Shown in pieces: positions 9,812-21,800 of a stretch of 64,000 bases of DNA. The notes under the pieces are model-generated. The model did no database searches. It saw nothing but the letters and a program-made list of their open reading frames with translations, and was not told the origin of the DNA. The first letter of the stretch is position 1. Each line of letters opens with the position of its first letter. The DNA is from an uncultured delta proteobacterium (lineage in GTDB: Bacteria > Myxococcota > Myxococcia > Myxococcales > Myxococcaceae). The stretch is taken from assembly GCA_963771175.1 (NCBI GenBank), contig CAVYSY010000002.1, positions 96,001 to 160,000 on the forward strand, given 5' to 3'. A program made the position numbers and the translations under genes.

Positions 9812-10351
9812 TCAATCCGCATGCAGGAAGCGGTGGCGGTGTACCTCCTCGCGTGTCCAGACGGACGTCCCCGCCTGCGTCCCCACCGTTTCCACCGTCA
9901 CCACCGCGTCGGGCTCCTCGAAGGAGAGGCGCCCCGGGGCCCCCTCCTCCTGAAGTCGGTCCAACAGGACATCGTCCAGGACATGCTCCTCATCCAGGCT
10001 GTGGAGCTGGCCCTTGAAGCCCCGGCGGTGGATGCGCACGTGGAAGGACTTGCCGGCAAGCGCGGGAGCCAGTCCCTGGAGTGCCTCCTTCGCCCGGGAC
10101 TCGAACTCCTCGGTGGAGTGGAAGGTGAAGGAGCGATCAATCGGCGTCACATGCGCCAGGAAGCGCACGCTGTCCGGGGCCTGCTCCGCCTGGGCGCGGA
10201 GGTGCTCCAGAAAGGCCCTCGGATCCGCCACCTTCATCACCAGCACGTTGAAGAAGCCGCTCGGGGCCACCACACCGAACCGGCGCAGGTAATCGAGGGC
10301 GCGGCCGAACTCCCGCCCGTTCAGGGTGATCACCACGTTCCAGTCCTTCAT
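9812..10351 (-). CDS. THUMP domain-containing protein
   Basis: KSFHVRIHRRGFKG, RLSFEEPDAVVTVETVG. Confidence 0.75.
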   Translation of the reverse strand: MKDWNVVITLNGREFGRALDYLRRFGVVAPSGFFNVLVMKVADPRAFLEHLRAQAEQAPDSVRFLAHVTPIDRSFTFHSTEEFESRAKEALQGLAPALAGKSFHVRIHRRGFKGQLHSLDEEHVLDDVLLDRLQEEGAPGRLSFEEPDAVVTVETVGTQAGTSVWTREEVHRHRFLHAD

Positions 10352-10439
10352 GACCCAACGTTGCGGATGCCCGCCCCGGCAAGCCAGGGGGGCCCCGGAA
10401 GGAGCGGAACACGTAGACGCGCGCTCGGTAGTCGACCAC

Positions 10440-10488
10440 AAGTGATGTGCCCCCCAAACCCACATCACTTACAGACGTCTGTAAGTGA
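10440..10488. repeat. Overlapping inverted repeats: 10-bp stem AAGTGATGTG/CACATCACTT and perfect 24-bp palindrome TCACTTACAGACGTCTGTAAGTGA
   Basis: Read directly: stem 10440-10449/10461-10470; palindrome 10465-10488. Confidence 0.9.
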
Positions 10489-10501
10489 GCGCGGCAGGGA
10501 G

Positions 10502-12337
10502 CTACTGGACGAGCCGGTGGATGTCTCCGCAGGCGATGTACGAGCTGCCGTTGGCGGTGGTGGTGATCTCCTCCACGACGTACAGCACGTTCTCCTCGCG
10601 GATGTCGCGCGGGAAGCGGATGTTGAGGTCGGGGTCGTAGCCGTCCGAGACCACGCGGGCGCGCAGCTTGCTGCCCTCCTTGATGCACTGGACGATCACA
10701 CCCGTGCCCACGGTGTTCGTGGTGGGCAGGTCCGCCGCCGAGCCCGTCACCTTCGACGCGGTGGGCTTGCCCTTCTTCCTCGAGGACGCGTCCGCCGCGC
10801 GCGCCGTGCGCTCCTGCCCCGGCAGCACCAGCCGCTTGATGGTGCCGTTCACGCGGTAGAAGGTGCCGTCCCCCGACAGCTCCAGCTTGTCCACCACGTA
10901 CGTGACGCCCTCCTCGCGCGCGCTCCGGGGGAACTGCACGTTGAAGCTCGCGTCGTAGCCCTCGGAGACGGGGTGGACGCGCAGCTTGCCGCCATCGCGC
11001 ACGCACTTGAGGATGACGCCGGTGCCCGCCGTGGACACCGCCTCCAGGCCGTCCGCCGAGCCGCCCGCCGTGCCTCGCAGGGCCAGGTCCCCGCGGCTGC
11101 GCGTGCCCGCCTGGTAGGACTGGTCCCTCAGCTCCTTGCGGATGACGGAGTCGTACCGCTTGGACTCCAGGCGCTGCGCGTAGTGCGCGAGCTGCTCCAC
11201 CTCCTCGGCGATGTCATAGGAGGCCTTGTCGAGGTTGGCGGAGAGCTCGGCGATGACCTGCCGCAGCCGCTGCGAGGCGGAGGCGAGGTCTCCCTTGTCG
11301 GCGAACTCCACGGCCTGGTCCTTGACGCGCGCGATGCGCAGACGGTTCGTCTGGGCCAGCACGTTCTTGTCCGCCGACACGGCCGCCGACTCCGAGGCCG
11401 AGCCCAGGTTGGCCACGATGGGCACCTCGCCGGAAATCTCCCGGACGGCCCCGTCCACCACCGTCTGCGCGCGGAACACCAGCGTGGCGAGCGTCACCGG
11501 ACCGGTCGCGGCTCCCGCCTCCACCGACAGCTCCGCGGCGAGCTGCCGCTCCTCGGTGGCGTACACGTCGCCCAGCCCCACCGCCACCTCCTGGCCCCGG
11601 GCCTCGAAGCGGTAGCGGTTGAGCACGCTGGCCACCTTCACCGTGGGCGCCGGCTTGAGCGTCACCTCCAGGTTCTGCGCGACGAGCGAGCCGAGGCCCT
11701 CCATCTCGATGTTGAAGACGCCCTCGGCGTCCTCCGGCGTCTGGATGTAATAGAAGTGCCCCTCGCCGGCGTTGGCCATGCCGATGAGCAGGTCCTCGTT
11801 GAAGTTGGCCCCGAAGCCGAGCGTGGTGGTGATGACGCCGGCCGCCGACTTCTCCCGCGCCGTGGAGATGAGCGCCTGCGCATCCGTGATGCCCGCGTTG
11901 GCCTGGCCGTCCGTCAGCAGCAGCACGCGGTTGATGCGCTCCTGGGCCTTGTTGGTGCCCACGTGCTCCACGCCCTTGAGCCAGCCGCCGCTGAGGTTGG
12001 TACACCCGCCGGCGCGCACCTTGGAGAGCACCGAGCCGATGGCCGCCTTGTCCGTGACGCGCGTGGGCGCGAGCACGGTGGACACCGCGTCGTCATAGGT
12101 GACGATGGAGAGCCAGTCCTCGGAGCCCATCCGCTCCACGAGCTGTCGTGAAGCCTGCAGCGCATGCTTGAGCGGAACGCCCGCCATGGAGCCCGAGCGA
12201 TCGATGACGAGACTCAGGTTGAGCGAGCGCCGCGCGGCCGCCGCCGGGGCATCGGCCTGGAACGTCACCAGCAGGTCGACCTTCGAGGAGGTACCAACAG
12301 GGAGCACCGGACGGCTGAGCGTGTAGGAAGCCTTCAT
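10502..12337 (-). CDS. VWA domain protein (YfbK-like) with duplicated C-terminal domain
   Basis: LVIDRSGSM MIDAS, GGCTNLSGG, LLTDGQAN, TTLGFG; two C-terminal GKLR..VS.GYD...N..FPR repeats. Confidence 0.85.
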   Translation of the reverse strand: MKASYTLSRPVLPVGTSSKVDLLVTFQADAPAAAARRSLNLSLVIDRSGSMAGVPLKHALQASRQLVERMGSEDWLSIVTYDDAVSTVLAPTRVTDKAAIGSVLSKVRAGGCTNLSGGWLKGVEHVGTNKAQERINRVLLLTDGQANAGITDAQALISTAREKSAAGVITTTLGFGANFNEDLLIGMANAGEGHFYYIQTPEDAEGVFNIEMEGLGSLVAQNLEVTLKPAPTVKVASVLNRYRFEARGQEVAVGLGDVYATEERQLAAELSVEAGAATGPVTLATLVFRAQTVVDGAVREISGEVPIVANLGSASESAAVSADKNVLAQTNRLRIARVKDQAVEFADKGDLASASQRLRQVIAELSANLDKASYDIAEEVEQLAHYAQRLESKRYDSVIRKELRDQSYQAGTRSRGDLALRGTAGGSADGLEAVSTAGTGVILKCVRDGGKLRVHPVSEGYDASFNVQFPRSAREEGVTYVVDKLELSGDGTFYRVNGTIKRLVLPGQERTARAADASSRKKGKPTASKVTGSAADLPTTNTVGTGVIVQCIKEGSKLRARVVSDGYDPDLNIRFPRDIREENVLYVVEEITTTANGSSYIACGDIHRLVQ

Positions 12338-12455
12338 GGGTAGGCCCTTTCGAGGAGTGCGCGCGAGAGCCTATGCTCTCCCTCTGTCATGCGTCACCTG
12401 GGGCCGACCCACCCTGCCACGTCGGCCCCGCCAGGAGAAGGAGATGGGGGGCCCA

Positions 12456-15400
12456 ATGATCTGCCTGGCCTGTGCCGAGCTCCGCGCCGCGGACTCCGGC
12501 GCCCGTTGCCCGAACTGCGGCGAGCCGCTCCTCCCCGCCACACCCGAGTCCCTCGACACGCTCGTCCAGGAGAAGCTGCGGCGGCGGATCTCCGACTGGC
12601 GGGACACGCGGCTGCTCGATGAGCGCACCGCGTCCCAGCTCACCGAATCCCTCCTCACCGGCGCGCCCGCCGCGGCCGTCGCGGTGTCGCTGCTCGAGGA
12701 CGCGAGCACCCTGGAACAGAAGGCGGATGCGCTCGCCGGGAAGCTGGAGCAGGTGGAGGACTGGCGTCCCGACTGGGGCAAGGCGTTCTTCCAGGCGCTG
12801 GAGAAGGCGGCGCGAGAGGAGCGCGAGGCCAGGCACGAGCACCGCGACGAGGGAGACGGAATCGGCCTCGCGTCGGACTCGGGACAGGCGCTCTTCCACC
12901 GCGCGGATGCGAGCGCGCTCGGCGGAGGGCTGGATGCCGTGGCGGCGCTCGATGACGCCACGGAAGGAGCGCGCGGCGAGAATCCCAAGCTGCACGAGTA
13001 CGTCTGGTGGTTCCTCGGCGCGGTGCTGGTGCTCGGCGGCTCCCTCATGGGCGTGCGCGAGGCGTGGCGCGCGCTCGGGGGCGTTCCGCGCCAGTTGCTC
13101 GTCACCGGCGCGCTCTTCGCCTACCACGCGGCCTTCATCGGACTGGGGACGTTCCTCGCGCGGCGCTCGACCTCGGCGGGACGGGTGCTCGCGGGGATTG
13201 GCATCGCGCTGCTGCCCGTCGTCTTCGTCGCGCTGTCCGCCCTGGTGGGGCTGAACCCGGCCGATGGGCGTGCCCGTCGCGGCCGGGGTCGCCGGCCTGA
13301 GCCTGCTCACCTTGAGGCTCACGGGGCGCCTGCTGCACGGGGCTTCCACGGTGTCGCTCGGGGTGGCGCTGCTGCCCTCGCTGCTGGCCGGACTGCCGCT
13401 GATGGCGCTGGGTGAGGAGCCCTGGGCGCGCACCCTCTGCGCCTTCGCGGGAGTGGCGGCGCTCGGAGCCTCGGCGTGGCGGGTCGGGAAGGAAGGTGCG
13501 AGCCGGGCCGGGCTCGCCGTCCTGACCACGAGTCTCTATGGGGCGGTCGCCCTCGCCGTGTTCTCGGTGGCCAGCGCCCCCTCGGGCTTCGATGCCCTCT
13601 CGCCGGGGAGCCCCACCTTCGCGGGGATGACGCTCTGGGCGGTGGCGCTCGCCACGGTGGTGGCGGGCGTGGCCACGCGGAGTCAGGCACGCGAGGCCCA
13701 TCCCCAGGCGGCTCCCGTGGTGGAGACGCTCGCGCACGCGGTGGTGGCCTGCGGAGCGCTCGCCGGAGCCATCTCGGCCTTCGTCCTGCCTCCCGGGGTG
13801 GCACCGTGGGTGGACCTCGCCTCGGCCTTCACGCCGGTGGCGGCGGCGCTGGCCTTCTTCGTGCTCCAGCCCCGGCGCCGGGCGCTGGTCCACCCGGCCG
13901 TGCTCGCCCTGGCCCTCGCCGGCGTGCTGCTGGCCCGTCTGGGGATGCCGGACGAGCCCCGCTGGTGGATGGTGGGAGTCGCCGCCGTGGGAGCGGGCCT
14001 GCTGCTCGTGGCCCGCCTGAGCGGGAACGACTTCCTCCGCTTCTGGCTGCTCGGCTGGGGCGTGGTGCTCTCGCTGGCCTCGCTGGCGCTGTCCTCTCGC
14101 GTCTTCAATGACTGGGGCCCGGACACGGGATGGCCCGAGGTCGCCGCGGGCGCGCTGGTCGCAGTGGCCGCGCACCTCGCGGGTGGCTACCGCTGGAGGG
14201 CGCTGCACTACCTGGGAGGCCTCGCGGTCTTCGTCGGAGTGCTCGGTGGCGTCTTCGCCATGAACGTGAGCGCGCCTACCTGGACGAGCGTGGCCGGGCT
14301 CACCCTGGTGGCGGGCCTCTATGGCCTGACCGGGCTCCTCCAGGAAGCGTGGATGCGCCGCACGGGGAAGACGAGCGAACTCCTCCCCCTGGATGACCTC
14401 TCGCTGGCCATGGCCGCGCTGGGCGTGCTGCGCGCCCAATACGGGCTGAACCCCGGCTTCCAAGGAGAGTACCTCCTGCCGCTCCCGCTCTTCACGGAGG
14501 TGTTCCTCGTGAATATCGGGATCGCCCAGGTGCCGCTCGTCCTCGCCTCGGTGCTCCTGCTGCTGCGCGCGAGGAGGGACCGCAGCCGGCTCGTCAGCAC
14601 CTGGGCCGCCTGGGGCCTCGCGCTCCCCGTCGTGCAGTTCAGCTTCGAGGCCCCCACCGTCCTGGAGGGCTCCGGCTCCCGCGTCCTGCTCCTCGCGCTC
14701 CTCGCACTCGGCTTCTCCGTCATCGCGATGCCGCGTGGACGAGGGCTCGAGGGGCCCACTCCCGCCAGACGAGGCCGGAAGCTGCTCGGGTGGGTCCGGT
14801 TGCCCTTCCCCGAGTGGGGCCGCCCGCTCTACACCGACGGCTTCGCCACCGTGGCCCTCGTGGTGGCCGCGTTCGCCGCCCTCATCCTCGGGGCCTGGGT
14901 GGCGCTGCCGGTCGAGCCCGAGCGTCCCCGGGTGCGTGCTCGCGGGCGCGTTGCTCACGGGCAGTGCGCTGCTCGCCTTCCTCTCGCGAGGCTTCGTCGC
15001 GTGGCGCCTGCGCGGCGCGGTGGGGACACTCGCCGTCGGGGGGCTCCTCATCGCGCTCACCGCGGTGCTCAACCGGGTGGGACGCCCACTCCCGCCCGAC
15101 GTGGTCGCCTTGCGACTCCCGCTCATCGGCGTCGGTCTCTGGCTGCTGGCGCTCGCCGCCCGACGCTTCGGCCCGTGGCTCGCGCGCCTCCTGGAGAACG
15201 AGCCCCAGGGCCGCTTCTACCACCTCGTCCCGCACGCGGGCGTCGCCGCACTGGGCGTGGTGCTCGCGGTGGATGCCTTCCTCTTCGGCGGGCCCGACCT
15301 CACCCGCGCGCTGACGGTGGTGCCGCCGCTCATGCCCCTGGGCGCCGCGCTCCTGGCGCTGCTGCTCGCCTTCTCCTTCCGGGCGCCGGGCCTCGCCCAC

Positions 15401-17501
15401 CTGGGACTGCTCCTGGGACTCCCAGGGGCCATGCTGTGGGCCGTCCACGCAGACCGTGCTCGGCCATGCACTGGTGGCACTGGCGCCTCCGGGTGGACAC
15501 TGGGTGCGCGCCGGAGATGCTGGAGACGGCTCGGGACCTCGGCTGGCTCGCGCGAGATGCCTGGCTCCGCGCTCGGAGAGACACGCCCCGACGTGTGGTA
15601 CCGGGCCTTCGATGGGCCTCGCCGCCGCGGGGCTCGTGTATGCCGGTGCGGGGCTGGCGCTGGTCCTGGTGAGCGCACGGCTCGCCTTCGTGCGCGCCTT
15701 CCTGTCCTCCGAGTCCGACTTGTTCGGCCAGGAACTCAGGCGAGCGCTGCACCACTGGTCGGGCATCGCCGCGTGGCTCGTCTTCATGGCGGCGTTCTTC
15801 CAACCCGGGCTGGAGGCGGCGGTGCTCACCTTCGCGTCCGGATGCTGCTGCTGCTCTCGGGCGGGGCGCGGGCCCAGGGGCGGCTGGTGCCAGGGCTGGG
15901 TCTCCTCCTGGTCATCCACGCCCTGGCGCACCGCGAGCCCATCCTCGGCGCCTGGCCGGGGCCGGTGTTCGCCCTGGTGGGGTTGGCTGGTGGTGGCGCT
16001 CAGCCCGTGGGTGGCCCGCTGGCGAGGGCGCGATGAGAGCGCGGTCCGGGCCCGTGCCCAACTGGGCGCGCTGTTCTACGCCCTGGTCGCGGTGGTGTAC
16101 GCCCTGGCCAGCGGCGGCGAATCCGACCCGGTGGTGGCGGTCCCGGTGCTGCTGTTCAGGGCGCTCAATGGCCTCGCGGGGTTCTGGATGCGGTCTTTCG
16201 CCCTGCCGGCGACCTCGGCCCTCGTCGCCATCACGCTGTTCATCGGCGCGTCCCAGTGGAAGGGCGCGCTGTCGAAGCTGGGAGCCGGGTGGGCCTCGAT
16301 GCTGGCGGGCTTCGCCGCCGTGACCGGACTCGCGGTGTGGCTCATGGCGGGCGCGGTGGGTTTCCCAGGCAAACCGAGCTACGACGACCTCCTCTCGTTG
16401 CACGGCACGGCGCTGGCGCTCTGCACGGCGGGAGTGGCGGCGCTGGCGCACGTCGCCAGCCGGCAGGTGCGGCACGGGCGCGAGGACATCGCCCGGGGCC
16501 TCGGCTGGGGCAGGGATTTCTGGCTCATCACGACGGGTGGACTGCTCGCGCTGGTGGCGGCGCTCATGGATGCGCCGGATGAGCGGGCACTCCCGCTGGC
16601 GAGCGCGGCCATCGGGCTGGCGGTCGTGGTGTCGCTCCACTGCGCCTGGCGCGAGCGGACCGGCCGGCACGTGTACTTCGTGCAGGTGGCGGTGGTGGGT
16701 GTGTACGCGCTCGTGCGAGCCCTGTACGCCCGGGGCCTGCGCCCCGAGCACGATGCGCTCTTCGCGCTGGCGCTCGGCTTCGTGCTGGTGGGAGTGACGG
16801 TGCTGGCACGCCGGGCGGGCATTCCCCCGGTGGAGCGAGCGACGCGCCGGTTCGCGGCGCTGCTCCCCGTGGGCATGGCCCTGGTGCTCCCCGGCGAGGC
16901 CACGGGCGAGGCGGCACTGCTCGCGGGTGGCTCGGGTCTCCTGTACGCGGCGCTGGGCGCGGTGGAGCGCAGCCGGTGGTTCGGCTCGCTCGCGGCCACC
17001 GCCTGCAACGTGGCGCTCCTCATCGGCGCGCTCTCGATGGACATGGAGGGACTGGAGATCTACCTGGCGCCGCTCGGACTGCTGCTGTTGATGCTCGGTC
17101 AGCTCTTCACGGGCAGCCTGCCCCACGCGGCGAGGAACGCGGTGCGCATCGTGGGCGGCCTGCTGCTGTACGTGCCCGCGGCGGCGAAGCTGACGCTGCA
17201 GATTGGACTGGCGGCGGATGGGACGTATGCCTTCGTGTTCGGCGCGGCGTGCCTCCTGGGCGTGGCGACCGGAATGGCCCTGCACATCCGTGCCTACCTG
17301 GCGCTGGGGACGCTGTTCCTCACGCTGGACGTGGCCGCCACCCTCGTCCATGCCGGCCTGAGGGACCACCGCATCGGCTTCCTGGTGATGACGCTCACCG
17401 GCCTCACCATCGTGGGCGGCCGGGTGCTGGCCACCCTGCGTCGCCAGGAGCTGGAGCTGCTGACGCGGCGCGTGCGGGTCGCGCTCCGAGGCTGGGACTG
17501 A
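12456..17501 (+). CDS. Very large polytopic membrane protein (DUF2157-like N-terminus), split by several frameshifts
   Basis: N-terminal CxxC..CPNCG zinc ribbon, then WFLGAVLVLGGSLMGV and continuous hydrophobic helices across ORFs 12336, 13264, 14735 and 15456. Confidence 0.7.
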
Positions 17502-17722
17502 GCGCAGGGGGCCAGCCCGGGGAGACCACTCCATCGGAGAGGAATCCCCCAGGGAACGGACTGGGGTGTGAATCTGGCATGATGGGAACCGTCGTAAAGC
17601 TCGAATCCGGCTCTGAAAAACTTCAATGAGTCAGGGTGCTTGTGAGGGGCGGGGGCGTGGACACCCGTCGAATGCCCGTGCCATCGTCGTTCACTTCCAG
17701 CTGTCTTACAGGACCCTTGAAG

Positions 17723-18865
17723 ATGCAAACGCTTCTGCTCTCCCTCCTGCTTGCCACGGCTGCTGCCGACGCCACCACCGAACAACGGGTCTACGTCCTC
17801 GGCTCCTCCATCAATCTCCGGAAGGAGCCCTCCGCGGAAGCGGAGATCCTGGAGAAGCTCCAGATTGGCACGGAGTGCCACGTCATCGAGAAGCTCGAGG
17901 GGGCGTGGTTGAAGGTCTGCTGCGGAAAGAAGGGCGGCTACGCGTCCGCGTCCCTGCTGGGGCCGGAGAAGCCCTCGGCCGAGAAGCTCAAGGCCGAGGC
18001 GCAGGACATGCGTCTCCCGCTCAAGCAGCGCGAAGAGAGTGCACTGCGCGCCGCGACCCTCTCCCCCGAGGATATCGAGCTGCAGACGCTACTGGGAAAC
18101 CTCTTCTTCGAGCGGAACCTCGAGCTGATGGCTGACATCAAGAAGCCGACGACCCTGCGGACGTTCAACCACACGTGCTTCAACCAGAGTGACATCTCCT
18201 GCATCGGAGATGCCGCTGGTGCAGGGGTGAAGAACGTGAAGATCCGGGCCGAGACGAAGGGGAACCTGTTCGTGGTGGCTCTCGGGAACGCCGAGCGAGT
18301 GGCCGTCTATCGCGGCAGATATAATATCAACAAAACCCATGTGCTGACGGGGGAGGTCCTCGAGTCCACCGGCTTCGCCACGACCCCAGTGCTGGAGAAG
18401 GCGCTCTTCTTCGGCATCAAGCCGCGCAATTCCGGCAGGTGGGACCTGGTCCTCGGTCAATTCGCGCTGGACGAGGCCTCTCATGCAACCCTGGACGGGC
18501 TTCCCAGGGAGTGGGGCCGCCTGGAGCCGAGTCCCCCCGAGGGCTTCTTGATGATGCAGTGGAACGACTGCTTGAAGAGGCCTTTCCTGTTGAAGTTCAA
18601 CCCGGACATTCACGGCCGGTGGCGTCTCTCGATCGAGACCGTTGGTACTGATAATGCTGCAGAGAACTACTGGATAGCTGCGGTGTCGAAACGCGGCAGT
18701 GACCTCGAGTTGACACTCGAGCGGTATTACGGGGGCACGAAGCGAGAGGTGTTCAAGCTTCCGGAAGGCCGCAAGGACATCGCCTACCTGGGGGACAAGG
18801 CGTATTCCTTCAAGCTCGACAGGTACGCAGAGGAGCATCACCGTTGCATTCAGGGCGGTCCCTAG
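17723..18865 (+). CDS. Secreted SH3(b)-domain protein; candidate immunity protein
   Basis: Signal peptide MQTLLLSLLLATAAA; INLRKEPSAEAEILEKLQIGT...WLKV..GY SH3 pattern; immunity role inferred from position. Confidence 0.75.
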   Translation: MQTLLLSLLLATAAADATTEQRVYVLGSSINLRKEPSAEAEILEKLQIGTECHVIEKLEGAWLKVCCGKKGGYASASLLGPEKPSAEKLKAEAQDMRLPLKQREESALRAATLSPEDIELQTLLGNLFFERNLELMADIKKPTTLRTFNHTCFNQSDISCIGDAAGAGVKNVKIRAETKGNLFVVALGNAERVAVYRGRYNINKTHVLTGEVLESTGFATTPVLEKALFFGIKPRNSGRWDLVLGQFALDEASHATLDGLPREWGRLEPSPPEGFLMMQWNDCLKRPFLLKFNPDIHGRWRLSIETVGTDNAAENYWIAAVSKRGSDLELTLERYYGGTKREVFKLPEGRKDIAYLGDKAYSFKLDRYAEEHHRCIQGGP

Positions 18866-18889
18866 GCCGGATCCTCTTGAGGGCACGTC

Positions 18890-21800
18890 ATGAAAAAGAA
18901 CAGCAGGTATTGGCCAGACTGGAAGTACGAGCTGCCGGACAAGCTGTTGGCCGTGTTGGACGAATACCACATCCTCAAGGTCCCGCTCCTCGGACAACAC
19001 TATCCGGGAGGACCCTCGGACTGGTGCGGACGAACGTCGTGCTCCATGGCGTTCAACTACTACCAGCTCGTGCAGGGCGGTGATGTCGAGTCGAAGTTCA
19101 TCACGCACTGGGATGGAGGGCAGCAGGGGCGCTTCGTGGATCTCCGCTACCCGGGCGGCCAACGGGCATTCCACACCGAAGCCAGTCGCTGATCCTCAAA
19201 ACGTCAATCTCGATGGGTATGCGGTTTCAGACCCCAACTACACGGCGGGCGATATCGCGGTGGTTACGCCACCGTCCGACTTCACGTCGGGGGCATTCAG
19301 CGCATCCCCCATCCTGGGCTTCTCACGAGGCGTGGTGTTGCCCTACGACACGTCCAACCGGAAGGAACTGGCGGCCCGGATCGCGAACGACCCCTCCCTC
19401 ATCGCATCGAAACTCGAAACCATCCTCGAGGCCGTCACCTCCAACAACCCGGTCATCTTCTACTCCGGGTTCTCCATGCGGGGCAGCGAGCCGATCCACC
19501 TCATCCTCATCACCGGCTATGCCTATCTGAAGGACGACACGGGCCGGCACCTCTGGCTCGCGGTGGCAGATCCCGCGACTCATGAGAAGAAGATCAAGGC
19601 GGGCATGTATTCGGTGCCCACGCCGGCGGCAACGCACGATCTGGATTCGCTTTCCCAACTCAGCGGAAAGCACAACATGATTCGTGTGATTCCCGGAAAC
19701 TGGGAGGAGGCCAAGGCCCCGTTGGTGTTGATCCGGGCCCGGAGGCTCTTCGAGGAGAACACCCACAGCAGTGCCCGCGATGACCTGTACATGGACTACT
19801 GGGGAGGTGACAACAAGGGCGGCACCTTCATCTATTCACACCGGTTCACACCCGCTCCTCCCGAGTGTGTCTTCACCAACGTGGCGTACTCCGTCGCCTA
19901 CCCCGTGGACGGCCGGAAGGAGCGCTTCCGCCCGGTCAACTGCTACGCGATGACGGAAGGGGCCGCGAAGGGCCTCTTCCCCCTGGGCAGCCACCGGAAT
20001 CTCCACTCGGGGGTCCACCTGGAGCTCTCCAGCTTCTCGCGAACGCATCCACCGCCACCTCCACCCGAGGAGAAGAAGGAGCAGTCCGCGGCGAAGGGCT
20101 CGAAGACGAAGGCTCAGGAGCCCAAGAAGGCCGAGCCCGCCACCACCGAGGCGTCCAAGTCTACGCCCACCCCGCAGGTCCTCCACAGAGAGGTGCGCTG
20201 TCTCGCGCCGGGATACATCGTGGCCGTCCGGCTGGCGAACGCCCTTCCTGAATCCAAGCCACAGGCGGCGGTGGGCACCGAGCCGGCCGCGGAGAACGAG
20301 CTGGCCGAGCTGGCGAAGAAGGCGCTCGAAAAGAACCAGTTGTCCAAGGAGTTCGCGGGAAATCACAACTCCTTCATCCTGGTCCGCCACGACGTCGAGG
20401 AGCTCATCCCGAAGAAGGAGCAGCAGCCGGACGGAGGAGAGGCGAAGCGCTTCACCTTCTACAGCCTCTACATGCACCTGGTTCCCCCTGACTGGAAGAA
20501 GGCGGGGACGTACCAGGACGTGGCCTGGCTCAAGATTCTCGCGCGCCGCGAGGGCTCTCTGACCGTGCTCGATCCACAGCACGAGGCGTTCCAGCAGGTC
20601 CGGTGGCTCCAGGGCGCGTTGGAGGGCGCTGGCAACGAGGCGGACATCGTCCCGAAGGTGGGCGGCACCTTCACCACGATCGGTTCGGACTCTCTCCAAG
20701 CCCCAGACGTTCCAACTCGGCGACGAGGAGGGGGACGGGACTACATCCGCGCGGTCTTCAAGAAGCCGGAGAGAGACCTGGCCGAGCTTCACAAGGCCCT
20801 CATCGGCGGCGAGGTCGTCACCCTGTGCCATCCCTATCTCAAGGTCCGGGCCGGCGAGTTGATCGGCTATCTCGACGACAAGAGCGAGGCGGTGGGCGAC
20901 GGCTTCCTCCACTGGGAGATCCTCGCGCCCAGTGAACAGGGCCAGCTCGAGCAGTTCCTGAAGTTCGCGGAGGAGAAGCTCGGGCTGTCGAGCGGCGGCA
21001 AGCCCTTCTTCGAGTTCTTCGAGGAGACAGGACCAGAACAACGTCTTCGATCCTCCCGCGCTGCAGACCGGCTCCAAGCGCGAGGGCGAGCTCGATTCCC
21101 TGCTGAAGCTCGCGCCCGTGTTGGAGCAGGCGGGTGACGACGAGAAGCGGCTCCTCGCCAGCTTCCTGGACACCTACAGCCAGGGCAAGCTCCGACAGCT
21201 CCTGGGCTCCTCCCGCGCGTTGCCGTTCTATGCTCCAAAGCCCGAGGACAAGCCCGCCGAGGAGAAGGTCCTCAGCTATCCCGTCGATGTTCTCCTCGAG
21301 AACTACAAGGACTGCCTGCCCGCGGGGTCCTACAAGCTCCGGTTCACCTTCGAGCCGTCGTCCTGCCCGCCACAGGAGGTCGAGTACGACGGGCAGAAGA
21401 CCCACGTTCGCATCTACGTGCCCGCGGGGGCGCGGAAGATCTTCGTGCAGCCAGCGACGCCGGGGAGCCTCTTCCTCCAGTCCGGAGGCTACCCGGGCAA
21501 GGAGGAGAGCCTGAAGAAGGATGTCGAGCACTTCAGGACCCTGGCCTCCGTGCGCTGGCGCAACGTCGTCCTCCGGCACCTCAATGACTGGAGTCCCGAA
21601 GGCATCGAGAAGCAGATGCTGGAGCATCTGAAGACCCGCACCGAAGATGGCGCTCGGCTCGGACACCCTGGACTCCACGAACGAGCAGCAGGCGAAGGAG
21701 CTCATCCAGAAGTACGCGGATGCCATCGGCTGGTGGGCAAACAATGAGAAACCGGTGCTGGGTCCCAAGGGGGACGAGAAGCCCCTGTTCGCCGACAATC

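Noticed and set aside
9626..12151. Long antisense or alternate-frame ORFs (for example 9626-12151, 33483-36161, 53680-55413)
   Set aside because: Shadow ORFs expected in high-GC DNA opposite well-supported genes; no recognisable motifs
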